Source: the human T2T-CHM13v2.0 reference genome, Homo sapiens. Taken from it: a stretch of DNA of 64,000 bases. A program made the translations under genes and the position numbers. Positions within the stretch are counted from its first letter, which is position 1, and each line of letters starts with the position of its first letter. A model generated the notes under the pieces. That model ran no database searches. It worked only from the letters and a program-made list of their open reading frames with translations, and was not told the DNA's origin. The stretch lies in assembly GCF_009914755.1 (NCBI RefSeq), contig NC_060930.1; one strand, 5' to 3'. This document shows positions 26,796-41,307 of the stretch, one piece after another.

Positions 26796-28397
26796 TATTG
26801 AATTGCACCCCTTCTCTCAGGAATGGCATTGTATGTTTCAATATCAACACCAGGACAGTGATGAGTATGTGGGTCATAAAGGCTTCTCTGGTTGACACAT
26901 ATTTTGAGAAAGGGGTTTTAGACTATTGTATGACCCTATATTACAAAGAAGGAGATGTCAGCAATGTAAGAGGCCTGTGATTCAACCACTCCTACATTCT
27001 TGCTGGTCTTTAATGTCAGCTTTTGCATTAATTCAAAGAAAAGCATCTGCAGGATTTTCTTTTCTGCTGGCTTCACTGCAGTAGTTGGGCGAATTCTCTT
27101 TGTCTAGTCTGTGTGATTTAAAAGTCACATTTCTTTTGAATTAGACTAAGAAATAAAAGACCATTATTATAAGAATTTCAGGTTGTGTCTGTAGTCTACT
27201 CTGCCACTGTACTTTCTCAAAACAATTTATATTTTGTCCATAATAAAATGGACTGATATTTTAATTATCTAAAAAAATGGGAGTTGGACATATTTGAAAG
27301 AGAAGTGGTGTGGAAGATTTTCATAAAATGTATATATATCTCTATAACCACACACATACATACATATTTAACATATGTAAAATATCTTTTGATCCCTTAA
27401 ATATTATGGAGAACAATCATCCTAAAAATAATATTGATTTTAAAATAGCTAAATATACTAAAATAGAGGAAAAAATTGCTGATGATTACTTTCAGGAGTA
27501 AGCAAAGCAAAGATATTTACTAATAATTACATTTCAGGAGTAAGCATAGAGGTTCTTCAAGTTCAAAATGATTAGCACAGTGAGAAAAAAGAAAACCTTT
27601 AAGAGGTAGCTGAAAACAGTTAAGTTGGTTGCTTATAGCTCAGTATGGAAACTGAGTTCCTCCATTGAGTCGGTGAAATGGATACAGTGGTGAAGAAAGA
27701 ACAAAGAATAAAATAAAATTCCACTCAGTTCAACAAGCACTTTCTAACTGAATGCAAATGTTTCATAAATGTAATACTTGCTTTCAGATGTGTCTAATAT
27801 AGAAGAGGAGACAAAATTGTAAACCAATAAGGTAAAATATGGGGGGTAATGTAAGTCAGAGAAAGACTTCTACTGTTGCACTTATCACAAGATAAGCAAT
27901 CACAACACAGAGAAGAAAGTGGTAGACTCTATAGTGTGGTGGAAGAAAGGGGTTAAGCTTTCTTGAAACACGGATATTTGTCCAGTAGGGAAGATGGAAG
28001 CATCTTAGGAACTTCCACTTTCTGGTCTTCAAATTGGTCACCTATAAAATAAAAGTTCAATGCAATGACGTCTAAGGTCACTTTTCGCTTTAATAACATT
28101 GTTCTGTGAAATAGGAAAGGTAAAGTGAGCCACTGATGACTAACTTAATTGTCGTAAACTCGATTAATTCTGTTTCAGTCCCTGTTTTTTAGAATTCCAA
28201 GTAAATTTCTTAGACCTGCTTTTATAAGTTTATGAACAAGCCTTAAAGACCAAATTAAGTGTGAAATAAGATTCAGACCATTTAAATTCAGTCTTTACAT
28301 TAAAATCCACTTGGGATAATGCAAATAGCCTGAAATTTAAAGTCAGGAATATCTGGATTCAGTTCCTACCTCTACCATTTATTGGGGGAATAAACAA

Positions 28398-28578
28398 AGT
28401 CTCAAAGTGGGGAATGTCTGGATCTGCACTATCACTAGGGAACTTAAGAGTCTTGCACATTCTCAGGCCCCATTCCAGAGTTCCTAAATCAGTAATACAC
28501 AGGGCAGAGCTCTGCAATCTACTTTCCAACCAGCTCTCCAGGTGATACTGGTGCCCCCTAGAGTATCAGAACTGCTGG
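28398..28578. mobile_element. MER5A-like hAT-Charlie element inserted within a MIR (~28320-28700)
   Basis: 'tctcaaagtgg...attctcaggccccattccaga...ctctccaggtgat...agaactgctg'; MIR motifs on both sides. Confidence 0.7.
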
Positions 28579-28984
28579 TGTAAAACATGGGATTGGTAAC
28601 TCACCTTTGTATGTGAAATGAGAATAATAATTAGCATAGTGGCTGTCAGTATTATTTGGCACATCATAGGGCCTCACTAAATGATAACTATTATTTTTAT
28701 TATTTTACTAACCTAACAATAACCATTGCTATCTCCAAGAAGAATTGAGAACTATATCTAGGTTTAATACTCCTTTGTACTGCTTACACATTTAAATCTA
28801 AGCCTGTTAAATAAGTTAGATTTCTTTGAAAGTAGATGTCATATTTGGTGAAGCAAGTGAGTTATTATCCAGAGGTGCTTTCTAGAAATCATAGTGTATT
28901 TGATGATTGTTGAGACTTTCATTTTATTGGTGTGGAGCTCTGAGCATTTACAACATATGTGAATCCCTTTACCTCATGATATTA

Positions 28985-29310
28985 TGCTGCGGCATAGAGA
29001 ACCCATTGAATGAATTGGGAGTTCAGTGTTCAATGTCATCATTTACTAATCATGACTGTAAGCAACTCCTGGAGTATCAGTGAACCTCAGTTTTCTCATC
29101 TATAAAACTCCCACTGGGTAATTGAGATTATATAATGAGATAAATATTTAGGTTGAAGTCCTCTGTAAAACACATTGGCTGGTACATCTAAGGTCAACTT
29201 TGACATTCATTGAATTTAACAAATATTTATTAAATACCTATACTACGGTAGGAAATGTGCTAGAAAATATTGCACAGTGACAGAACCTGCCTTTCAGTTA
29301 AGTGGTGGCA
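28985..29310. mobile_element. MIR (plus) followed by L2 tail (minus)
   Basis: 'gaacctcagttttctcatctataaaa'; 'attcattgaatttaacaaatatttattaaatacc'. Confidence 0.6.
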
Positions 29311-29449
29311 TGCACTTTGATGACTCTTTCATTCGTGAAGCTAATGAATACTCAATGTAGAAACTGATGTGTTACAGGTCTGTGTTACTCTTAGAAAAAC
29401 TTAACTTTAAAAGTCTCCAAATTTGATGAGGGTGACTAGAAATGAAAAT

Positions 29450-29960
29450 TCATAAATATAACTTGGTACAACTTTTCAGGAAAGCAGTTCATCAATATGT
29501 ATCAAGCCATTTAAATTACATCTTTGACGCATTAATTTCACTTCTCTGACTCTCAGAAGCTATTCTAAGAAAATAATCAGAGATGTAACAAAGATTTATA
29601 TAAAACATGCTCATTATCACTCTATTTGCAATAGTGAACATTGAAAACAATGACTAACAAGGGAATGACTGAGTTATGTTAATGAGCAGGAGGTAATATC
29701 ACAGACATTTAATATTTAATAAACTGTTAAAATCTCCACAATGGAATATTAACTAAAATCAAACCATAATATATTCTGAATAATTCTAATTAAAGAAAGG
29801 GTATTCAAAGAATAAAGATTTTAGGGAAGTACACCAAAGTAAGTTCATGGATAATGGCAAGGAAATAGATCAAAATAGATCCTTTGATGAATTACTTTAT
29901 ACTTGATACTTTACAGCATTTTCTAAATTTTCTAAAATGAGCATATTTTTCTTTTGTTTT
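29450..29960 (+). mobile_element. Ancient L1ME-type 3' fragment
   Basis: 'ttggtacaacttttcaggaaagcagtt...ctattctaagaaataatcagagatgt'. Confidence 0.6.
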
Positions 29961-31194
29961 CAGAAGTTCCCTGCAAATATTCCTTTCACTGGATATATGA
30001 GAGCAGCATTATCTCTTGGCTTTCCTTGGCAGCTTTTAAAGGTACTATCAGGAACTGCAGAAGCGATGGTAGCAGTTAGTATTTGGCAGTGATTACGTTA
30101 ATGGAACATACCTCTTTTCATTTAGCAATTGAGTCAGTAACTCAAAGAAGTTACCCATTTTGGCAAATGTCATCTATACCTTTACAAATACAAAAGGTCC
30201 CCACAAAGGTGGGTTTCAGGCTAGGTTGTCCTTTCTTAAGTCTGGACTGAAGCTGACTAGTTTTCCATCTTTGCCCTCCCTGTGGTTTCCTGGTGTTGCA
30301 GTGTTATCCTACAGGAGAGTCTGTTAGTGAGAATGTGCCAAGATCTTTGGGCAATCCCTTGGGAGGATTATTTAGGCACAACAAGATAGAATAGTGACAC
30401 AATTTATCACAATAACTCACCTTGTACACATGAATTTTCGGTGCTCTTAGCCTTTGGAGTGGATGTAGTGAAAACTATTCCTTGCAAAAGCACTAAAAAT
30501 TTCAAAACTTAAAAAAGTATCATTTAGCAAATAAGTCACTAGACTTATTTCTGTGTTTTTTGAGGTTCATTTGATGTTAACATTTAAAATGTTTATTTTT
30601 AGGCAATGTAGCATAATGAAATAACCATAGTTTTTGAGAAAAGATTCTGGTTTAAATCTTATCGATCTTATTTAAGATCTTTGACAAGTTCATTTTTTTG
30701 TACCTCAATTTCATCATGGCTTAAATAGGACTACTAATACCTATCTCACAGAGGACTATTGAGAATAAACTGCTCATTAGAAGTATAAATGTTGAGTGTT
30801 TTATTGCAAAAAAATTCCTTAGATATATTACTTTCCTGTCTTCTGGTGGTTGGTAAATGCCTGTATCATTATGATGAGAGCCAAAATATCAACTCAGACA
30901 CAACTGATAAATAGCAATGCCATCTATGTTCTGTGTCATCTCAAAGAGTTTGTGCTGCTCTGGACATTTAAATGCCCAATTTACTTATCCTCTCCTCTGA
31001 AAAATCCTCTCTGTATATTCTTCAACTCAGCTCAGGAGTTTTATTATTTTACGTCTTATAGAAAACCTTAGCCAGAGGAAGGGAAAACAAGACCTTCAAT
31101 AAGCTTTTGGTGCCTGTGAAATAGATTTTGAAACTATCTCAGCAGTCTGCCTTTTCTAGCATCTCACTGCTCTTCTCTAATATATCATTTATGA

Positions 31195-31220
31195 ACACAC
31201 ACACACACATACACACACAC
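31195..31220. repeat. (CA)n microsatellite; short (CAA)n at ~31372-31391
   Basis: Seen directly. Confidence 0.85.
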
Positions 31221-33609
31221 AATATTTTCAGCTGTCAGGGGAGTATGAAGCTGTAAACATGAGTCTCAGGTTGAATTCCAGTAAAAAACATGCCAACAAA
31301 TTGTTCCAGAAACTAATTTGTCCCTATTTGTGAACTCAAGGAATCTGTGAACAGAGTCTTGGATGCATTTGAACAACAACAACAACAACAAAAATGAAAA
31401 CAAAAAACATTCTAAAGTATTTTACCACTTGAAATAAAAAATGCAAATATATTAGTCTTATTAAACCAATATTTATAGTTCTCTGATGAAGTTATCTGAT
31501 TCATTCTTTGCTCTTTATATTTACAAACAGCCCTGCTTACAGGGAGCTGGAACGGGGTTTGACAGCCACACTGAGCTCTGGATACACAGTAGATGGGGAA
31601 CAGGAGTCACCTTAATGCAGATAATGCCGTGATTTTCACTTCAGGCCATTGTGAAACAGAGCAATCAGAAACTCACAAGGCTGGGTGTGAAACTGACTCA
31701 AATGTTCACTTGGATCCCAAGCCTTGGATAAAAAAGATAAATACTGGCCCTTTTTGCTATGTACAGATGACGCAAATTTCATCTTTTATTTCTGTTTCTC
31801 AGAGGCTGCAATTACCCTACGATGTTCAAAACTGGTTTTCATTTTCGGACATGTTTGCCAGAAGTCAGCATATTTTATATTATCACCAAGCGCCAAGGAC
31901 AATAATGATGGTAGTAATGTTTATAGCAAATTTTAAAGGTTCCAAAATGCTTTTGCAGATGGTTTGTCATAGTTGTTGCGATCATTTTCCCACAATGCCC
32001 ACTTAAGAGCATGGTGTGTTTTGCATTTCAAACTTGGTCTAAATGTTAGGCCCCTCACATGACAGAAAGGACAGTAAGTAGTTATCCAAAGAGGAGCTAA
32101 TTTTTGTGATGGTGATTTTTCCCCCCATAGATAATTTTAATAAAACTGGCTAACACCTGCCAACTTTTGGCTCTCAGGCTTTTGGTCTGTGTGTGGATTT
32201 CCATGGTATACTCGCAAACCTGATCATTCTTCAGGTTAGTTGTCAGTGTGAGTGCTGCACAGACTCTACAAGGCTGTGCTTGATCATGTATGTGTCTTCA
32301 TGAAATTATTGCTTTCCAATACTCCCATTATCTAACATGTTATCTTCCTTTTTCCCTTCATAATGTCTCTTGAACTCTTCACTTCTATTCTTAATTTCTG
32401 TTGCCATCTGAATAGCCCAGGCAGCTTCCTATTATGCTACACTTAGAGCAGCACTTGTCCAGATGGCCTGAACCAGGGAGAAGATGGGGCCTTTTTTCTC
32501 CATGTATTCAGACACACATGCCCTTGGCCATAGGAAAAGAAGATCTCCCCAGAAGCAAGGGAAATTTATATTTCCCAGCATGAAAGGCTAAAACCTGCTG
32601 TTAACCATAAAGGGACCCATTCTTGATTCATTTCAAAATGTGTTTATTTATTTTCATATTATGTTGTCTTCCCGCTTCCTTTTCCCTTCACCCCAGGGAA
32701 CCTTCCTTTTCCAGCTGCCTGCTTCCATGCCTGGTTGGGACCTGCTGCAGCCTGCAAAGCATTAGGCTGTGGCTGCTTACATTCAGCCTTGCAGGTTTCT
32801 GATTGCTCTGTTTCTGATGCTGTCCAAAGTTACAGAGCCAGTCAGTCAGAAACTCTCTCCTGTGCCTTCTGCTGCTGGAGGATTTCATGACCTGCTCTCG
32901 TCTTTCCACTGTGGTAGCTGCAGAGATGTTTTTAGTGGTGGGATTGTGAGAGAAAAAGTAAGAATCGGTCTTTTTCTTAAAAATTAAAAATATCTTCTGA
33001 AGTCTTTCCTTTGGCCAGATTGCCACCTAATCAACAAGAGACCAGACATTGTTCTTTCTCTGGGCCATGTTTGCAGAAATAGCCATGCAGGCAATCTGTA
33101 AAGAACCTTTAGAAACTTGATTTGATTTAAATCATATAAATTACTGTATTACACTTGTATTCTATTTTGGTTTATTGTAATTAGTACATTTTGTCTTAGA
33201 AGAGCATAACACTAGATACTTTTTAGTTTTCAACAGATTTGAGTAGTCTATATAATCAAATCACAGTTATTAATTGTAATGCTGTTGCAACCTGAGGCTA
33301 GGAAAAGTCTTTGTTTAACTATATTGAAACATTTCCATCACAAGGTGGAGGCCACACCAGAATTTACCTTATTTTTAGCTGTATTTAGAAGGCAGCCCTC
33401 AGTGTCCTTGTTTAGAAAGCAGGGGCTAAGAAGACAACCCATAATTTCCTGGTCAGAACATTCTTATTGGGGTCCTTTTGAGACTGAGGGAAATATTTGG
33501 CCATATTTGAGATTCATATTTGCTGTCATGGAGCAAATAAACCACAAAGCTCTGCCTACGCAGGACCTTTTTTATGTCCTCAGATAGCCAGTGTATTAAG
33601 ACATGGCTT

Positions 33610-34070
33610 CCATCAACCAATTCAAAAAACATTGATTGAATATTGGCTTTGTGTGAAACGCTCAGATTCATCATACATAACCTAACCAAGTTAATTTTTA
33701 CAATGCTGCCTTCATCAGCCCATTAGTATGTACTCATTAATTCATGCTGATCCAGAATAGTCCAGGTTGGTTTTTGTTTGGCCCTCAAGTCCACACTTCT
33801 GTCTTTTCTCTTCTATCCTCTTTTATCTTCCTCAGTACATCTCCCAACTCACTTCATTTTGATGTCCTCGTTTTCCTTGTGCCAAACTCTCACTTTTGCC
33901 TCCTTGTTTATAGTCTCGCTCTTGCTGGAAGCCCTCCTTCCTAGCCCATGCATCTAACTCCTGTCTTTTGGAATGTACCAATTTCACCACAAGTTCTAAC
34001 TACTCCATGCAGATGACTCAATTCCTAATCCCATGCTGGTGTCACAAACTCTAAAGAGCGCCTTTAGCTG
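33610..34070. mobile_element. Degenerate L2 fragments
   Basis: L2 tail-like 'attcaaaaaacattgattgaatattggctttgtg' and pyrimidine-rich 'ctcttgctggaagccctccttcc'. Confidence 0.45.
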
Positions 34071-35149
34071 CCTAGCTCACTGGAGCACCTGAGAAGATAG
34101 AAAAACCATTCCCAAGTAGGCTTCTTTAGCTTTGGGAAACCACAGGGCTTGCTTTTTTCAAATGCATCAAAGACCAATGTTATCAGATACTGACAGGCTG
34201 GTCTCTGTAGCTTGTGGGTCCCCAGTGCAAAGCCTTATTTATGTGCTCTTTTGCCCTCACCTGCTGTATGATTCTACTAGATTCCAAGCAGGAAGCAGAA
34301 TGAAGCTTACCAGGGTATAATTCTCATTATATTTACTTTCTAACTCCCTTCCTGGATTTCCTGTGGGGGGAAATGTGTGGGTTTTGGGCATGTACTCACA
34401 GTTACATGTAGGGTCTCAGTTCCATAACATCTAGCCCAGCACATCCATTACAGAGGGACTACCATAATACACCTGCTATCTTGGATTTTATGTATTAAAA
34501 ATTTTATCAGAATCACTTTTTATTGTTCCACAAACATGCATTACTACATTTTAGTTATAACTAAATTTAATATCAATTATAGATAATAGAGAAAATAAAA
34601 CACATCACTCACAGACTGATGTAAAACCATGGTTTTACTGATTATCTACTTCCAGCACTTTCGTAGGTATAATTTACACAATTTTGGAGAACATACAATC
34701 TTGCGATTGTTTTTTATTTAGCTTTATATATTTTACCGTTTTTCATATTTGTAGTCCCTTCTAGAATCATTGTTTTAAATGATGCATTATATTCTATTAA
34801 AAAGATGAATACTGTTTATCTAAATTTATATTTCTATTGTGCCACCATTCTATTTTTCAATATAAATAGTGCTACAATGAACACCCTCATAGACATTGAT
34901 ATTTTCATCTTTTACATCCCTGATTCTGTCCATTTTTGTGGATGTTTTAAGGCAACTTGTCTCAACATCATGAATATTTGATTTATGTGGGGCTTTTTGT
35001 CTTTTCGTTTTTTTTTTTTAAAAAAAGCTGATGTCTGAGTCCTATCATAGAGATTCTAATTAAATTTGTCTGGAGTGGAACTTGGGCATCAGAATTTTAT
35101 AATCTCTTCTGACAATTCTAGTGTGGAATGTTGAGAAGAACTCTTTGAG

Positions 35150-35390
35150 ACTTTATAAAAGTATAATTAAAAAATTTTGTTGTGCATACTTAATACATAT
35201 AACATGGTATAAGATACATATAGAGAGTAAAATGGTTACTATAGTGGAACAGATTAACATATCTATTACCTCACTTAGTTACCCATTATCTCTCTGTGGC
35301 AAGAATAGCTGTAATCTCACGCATTTGGCAAAAATGCTAAATACAATACACTATTATTAATAATACTCCTCATTGCACACATTAAAGCTT
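35150..35390 (-). mobile_element. L1MA 3' end fragment
   Basis: 'aatggttactatagtggaacagattaacatatctattacctcac'. Confidence 0.7.
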
Positions 35391-35409
35391 TTTTAAAAAT
35401 CAGCAATTG

Positions 35410-35714
<305 letters not shown>

Positions 35715-37204
35715 TCAGCAATTGTCACTGGGAGTGTGGGAAAAGACCCCTAATGAGGGATGATCAGAACCAGGTGAAGGAGTTTGTGTTTAAATTATGT
35801 TACCTTTCTCTAACATTCTGATTTATCACCCCCGGTGGAGTTGAGCCACTGTTACTGATGGGAGCAGGTGGCATCTCCCAAGTGTACGGGGGCAGTAAAA
35901 ATCCTGAGAACTCTCTAACAACATAGTGCTTGGTGTGTAGAAGTGGAATATGTGGTTCAGGTAGCTGTAACAAATGTCCTTTAAGTATCTATTATACTTG
36001 TGTCAGGTGAATACTGGCTTCACTACTACTAGCTCTAGCTCTGCAAACCTGGTTGAGTAAAGGGGCCTCTGTGAGTTTTATTTCCCTTACTGTGGAAGAA
36101 ATGGTAGTTGTGTTATCATAATGATGTCTGCCATATAGACTATTGTAGGGTCAAATGAGATAGTATATTTGAAAGCACTTTATAAAACATAAACCTTTAT
36201 CTACACTATATATATAACACTATAGAGTAGCATAAAGTATATTCATTTTTATTTAATAACATTTCTATCAGTTATAAAATTTGGTTATAAACTATAATTG
36301 TATCATGTGCTAGTAAGCTTTAGTGAATTTCAGCTCTGCTTTAGTTTGCAGTTTCCTTTTTAACCTATAATCTTGTACAAGTTGTTGTGAACTGGTCAAC
36401 TGAACCATGTATATCAAAGGACCGTTCTTCACTGAAGCTCTATTTGCTATAAGCAGTTAACCAACTATTCTTTGTTTTTTGAGCCCTAGATGAATGCAGG
36501 TGATTTTCATTGGTTTTCATTACATGAGAGTCACAAGAAACAAGAGACTTCCAAAGTTTATAAAGAAAGTATAATATGAGATTATTCATGCATAGACTTC
36601 AGTTCACCTTGTACAAATAAAACCTAAGTATTTAGTGTTCTCACATAGTATTACATTTGTTGGATTATTTTGCTGACAGATTCAAACCTATACATTTGCT
36701 TGAAGTGCATTATATATTTTCCTCCATTATCTACCTTTTAAAATTATTTAGGCTCTACCACTTCTGGGCTTTTAAAGGCATTGTTACAAGGAAATAAATG
36801 CAGAATTATTGCCAAGCGGATTTCCAGGAAAATGCATGTCGGTTGATAATATATATTACCCCTTGGTATATTCATCTGGAAAGAATTTAGATAAATTCTG
36901 ACTTGGACAAAGCATCATCTCTTTTTTACAAAAGTGCCTAAAATCCATCAATTTCATACATGCTTCTGGAAATGCTGTAGTAATAAAGGGTCATCACAGT
37001 TTTATATTTTTAAGCCCAATATGGGAGAGAATGGAAATGTTTACTTCACATTAAATTTATAACCTGGCAAGCTAGAACTAGAACACTGAATATGACCAAT
37101 TCCATTAAACTATAGTAAAAAAGAAGCATTCTATTCTTATACGTAGTTGATAGGGGTCTCAATATCCTTATGCATCCAGTGCCGTAGGGTGGACAGTGCC
37201 AGAG

Positions 37205-37360
37205 AGCACAGACTGTGGCCTTAGAACTAGGTTGGAATTCTTGGTTTGTCATAATGAGGCCCAATTTCCTCATCTGTACAATGAAGTGTTTGCCTTTAAA
37301 TGAAATATTGTATATGAAACACCAATGTCTATCAAAAAAAGAAGGCACTTAACAAATGGC
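37205..37360 (+). mobile_element. MIR (further MIR pieces at ~35940-36190 plus and ~38805-39015 minus)
   Basis: 'caatttcctcatctgtacaatg', 'ggcacttaacaaatgg'. Confidence 0.6.
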
Positions 37361-38165
37361 AGATGTTTCTTTCCTGAGAATTCCCAATAAAATCGTCATT
37401 GTTAGCTCTAGGGTAAAGATGAGAAAGTCATGTATATGTGTGAAGGAAGAGCATCCATGAGGAGGAAGGAGAGTGAATCTTGAGTGGCACCTGCTGAGCA
37501 GGATCACTGTTCAAGAAAGTACCACTGTTTTCCCTTCTTCCGACCAGATGTGAGAACTCCTTGTCTGTGATCCAGTGGGTACTACCGTTGATAGTTGTTG
37601 ATGTAATCTGTCTGGTTAATACATGAAAGCAAGTGATCTTCCTGTTTGTCATTCAGGGAAACAAAGTGGGACTATAATTTTATGCCCATTTATTTTCAAA
37701 ATTCAGCTGAAAATAATCAAATGTAATGGCTCAATTCGCAGAATTCACAGTGGCATGATTTGAAATCGCCCAGTCTAATGGGAACTCTGACCTATCTCTC
37801 ATTAGATCTAGTTGGTTCAAGAAGTTTTGAAAGTTGAGGTATCATTATTGATCTTAGTGCTTAAAAGAAACCTTTTAATTTTCAAAGAAAAAGTACTTTT
37901 TCAAAAGTTTCAAGATTTATCTGCAGATTGAGAAGTACTGGTTGTCGTCTTGGCTCTTATGCTTGGCAATTGTTGTTGTTCATTATTGTAGAAAATTGCT
38001 CCATAAGAATAGTGTGACATGGTATGGTAGGATGGCTCTCAACATCAGTGGGGGTGAAACCTTTAAGAGGAGGAATTATTAAAGGACATATTTTAGCATG
38101 TTCATTGTAAAGGAATGGAATATTTTCCATTTTAAATGAAAGTACATTTTAAAAAGAACAGAATG

Positions 38166-38473
<308 letters not shown>

Positions 38474-40837
38474 AACAGAATGAAAATTTCTATTTTAATG
38501 AATTGTAATGTAAAATAGAAAGAAGTATTCATTGCTCATTTTAAGACGACTGACATATATAAGCTTTCTAAATTGTTTGTTTTGGAAGGCTGCAATAAAA
38601 TGACTAATTTGCTTGCATTTAGCTACAGCACAGTGCTTCTTTATACTCTTCAGTTTAATTTCAAAAACTAAGTATGTTAAGACAAACACAGGATGAAAAC
38701 TTTGGGTCATTCTTGGCTTCAGGTATAAAAATCCTATATGTATTAGATAATGTATTAGATAACATTTCTACCAAACAGGCTGTTTCATATCTAGACTATG
38801 ATGTAATAATAGTTAACATTTATTACATGCTTACTGTGTTTCAGACATTGTCTCATTTAATGATCAGTCTTATGAAGTATCATCTATTCTACATTCTAGG
38901 TGAGGAAATTCCTTCTTAGGAAGTTAGATAACATACCTAGTGAGTGGCCTGTGTGAAATTCCAATCCAAGTTTTTCTAGTTCTAAGTTAAAGTTTCTTAC
39001 GACTCTTCTATGTTGCTCTGAAACCTGCTCCCACTTGCCCAGATGGTTATTGTTCCTCATGCAGAGATGTTTCAGGTACTCAAATAGCTAAGTAATTTCC
39101 TACTGAAATTATTTAATTTTATATGTTTTTGTTATCTATTCTATTTTCTTATTTTTATAATAGTTTGTAGATTCTTAAAGGACTTTTTGTTTCTAGTCTT
39201 AACTTTTATACCTGTTCTATTGCAGAAACCTTTCAATTGTACTCTCATTTGTAGTCTGTACTCAATACCTGATCATTTTCCATGTTGCCACCAGAAGTTT
39301 TCTTTTTTTTCTTTTTTTTCTTTTTTTTTTTTTTTTTAAGACATCAATTTGAGGCTTCATTTAAAGTCCTGCTTTGGCTTGTAACCACTTTCATGAATCT
39401 TCCCTGGCCCCTCATTCCTCACTGCCCAGGAAGGAATGGCTTTGTATTCTAGTATCATATAACTTTCTCTATATAAATGGTAAGTTAAGCTATCAGATTA
39501 ATTTACTATCAAATGTAATTATTGTATATACATCTATGTATCCCACTGGGTTATATAGACAGACATTGCATATTATATATAGTTTTTTATCCTCAACTCT
39601 AACTCATTAATAGGAATTTAATATGGATTTAATGAATATTTTATTTAACTACAATGTACTATAAATTTTGAGAAAGGGCACCATATGTATCAATTTAAAA
39701 AGCTTGTCTTTTAATAATTAAGTATGATCAGCATATTCTTTGATCCATGCACTTAAAAAAGAATTAAACTGAAATATTTGGTTGAAGATAAAAAAATTAA
39801 CATATGGAGTGTTTATTTAGATACATTTAAATATGTTTATTTTTGGCAAGAAAATATAACCACATTTTTATTTTTTATTATATATTATTTTTATTATATT
39901 TTTAGATTATATTTTTATGATATATTTTTATCGTACTTTTAGTTTTCAGTTTTGTGTGTACATAGTAGATATTTATAGGATACATGAGATGTTTTGATAC
40001 AGACATGCAATGTGAAATAAGGCCATCATGGAGAATGAGGTATCCATCTTCTCAAGAATTTAAGCTTTGAGTTACAAACAACCCAGTTATACTCTTTATT
40101 TAAAAATATACAATTAAGTTATTACTGACTATAGTCACCCTACTGTGCTATCAAATAGTAGATCTTATTCATTCTTTCTTAACTATTTTTCTTTTAACCC
40201 ATTAACCATCCTCACCTCCCCACAATCCCACTATCCTTCTCATCCTCTAGTAACCATCCTTCTACTCTCTGTGTCCATGAGGTCAATTGTTTTGAAATTT
40301 AGATCCCACAGATCTAAGAACATGCAATGTTTGTCTTTCTGTGCCTTGCTTATTTCACTTAACACAGTGATCTCCAGTTCCATCCATGTTATTGAAAACG
40401 ACTGGATCTCATCCTTTTTATGGCTAAATAGTACTCCATTGTATATAAGTACCACATTTTCTTTATCCATTCATCTGTTGATGGACACTTAGGTTGCTTC
40501 CAAATCTTGGCTATTGTAAACAGTGCTGCAACAAACACAGGCATGAAGGTATCTTTTTGATGTACTGATTTCCTTTCTTTTGGGTATATATGCAGGAGTG
40601 GGATTGCTGGATCATATGTTAGCTCAATTTTCAGTTTTCTGAGGAACCTCCAAACTGTTTTCCATAGTAATGGTACACTAATTTACATTCCCACCAACAG
40701 TGTACAAGAGTTTTCTTTCTTCCACATCGTTGCCAGCATTTGTTATTGCCTGTTTTGAATATAAGCCACTTTGATTGGGGTGAGATGATGTCTTGTAGTT
40801 TTACATTTCTCTAATGATCAATGATGTCAAACACCAT

Positions 40838-41307
40838 TTTTTTATTTAACTTTTACTTTAAGTTCAGGGGTACATGTGCAAGTTTGTCATATAGGTAAAC
40901 TTGTGTCATGGGGGTGTATTGTACAGATTATTTCATCATTCAAGTATTAAATCTAGTACCCATTAGTTATTTTTTCTGATTCTCTCCCTCTTCCCATCCT
41001 CCACCCTCCAATAGGCCCCCTGGTGTGTTGTTCCTCTTTATGTGTCCATGTGTTCTCATCATTTAAATCCCACTTATGAGTGAGAACGTGTGGTATTTGG
41101 TTTTCTGTTTCTGCATTAGTTTGCTAAGGACAATGGCCTCCAGTTCCAATCACGTTCCTGCAAAGGACATGATCTCAGTTTTTTATGGCTGCATAGTATC
41201 CATGGTGTATATCTACCACATTTTCTTTATCCAGTCTACGATTGATGGGCATTTAGGTTGATTCCATATCTTTGCTATTGTGAATGATGCTGCAATGAAT
41301 ATACATG
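40838..41307 (-). mobile_element. Older L1PA (L1PA13-16-like) 3' fragment
   Basis: 'taagttcaggggtacatgtgcaagtttgtcatataggtaaacttgtgtcatggggg'; interrupts host L1MA. Confidence 0.8.

Noticed and set aside
27485-27546. Repeat-spacer-repeat as a CRISPR-like array
   Set aside because: Only two units, in mammalian DNA, with no cas genes.
31593-32006. 137-aa ORF in unique DNA
   Set aside because: No recognisable domain or exon structure; composition typical of a chance ORF.
37428-37652. 74-aa minus-strand ORF in a GC-richer unique patch
   Set aside because: No recognisable homology or convincing splice sites; cannot support as coding.
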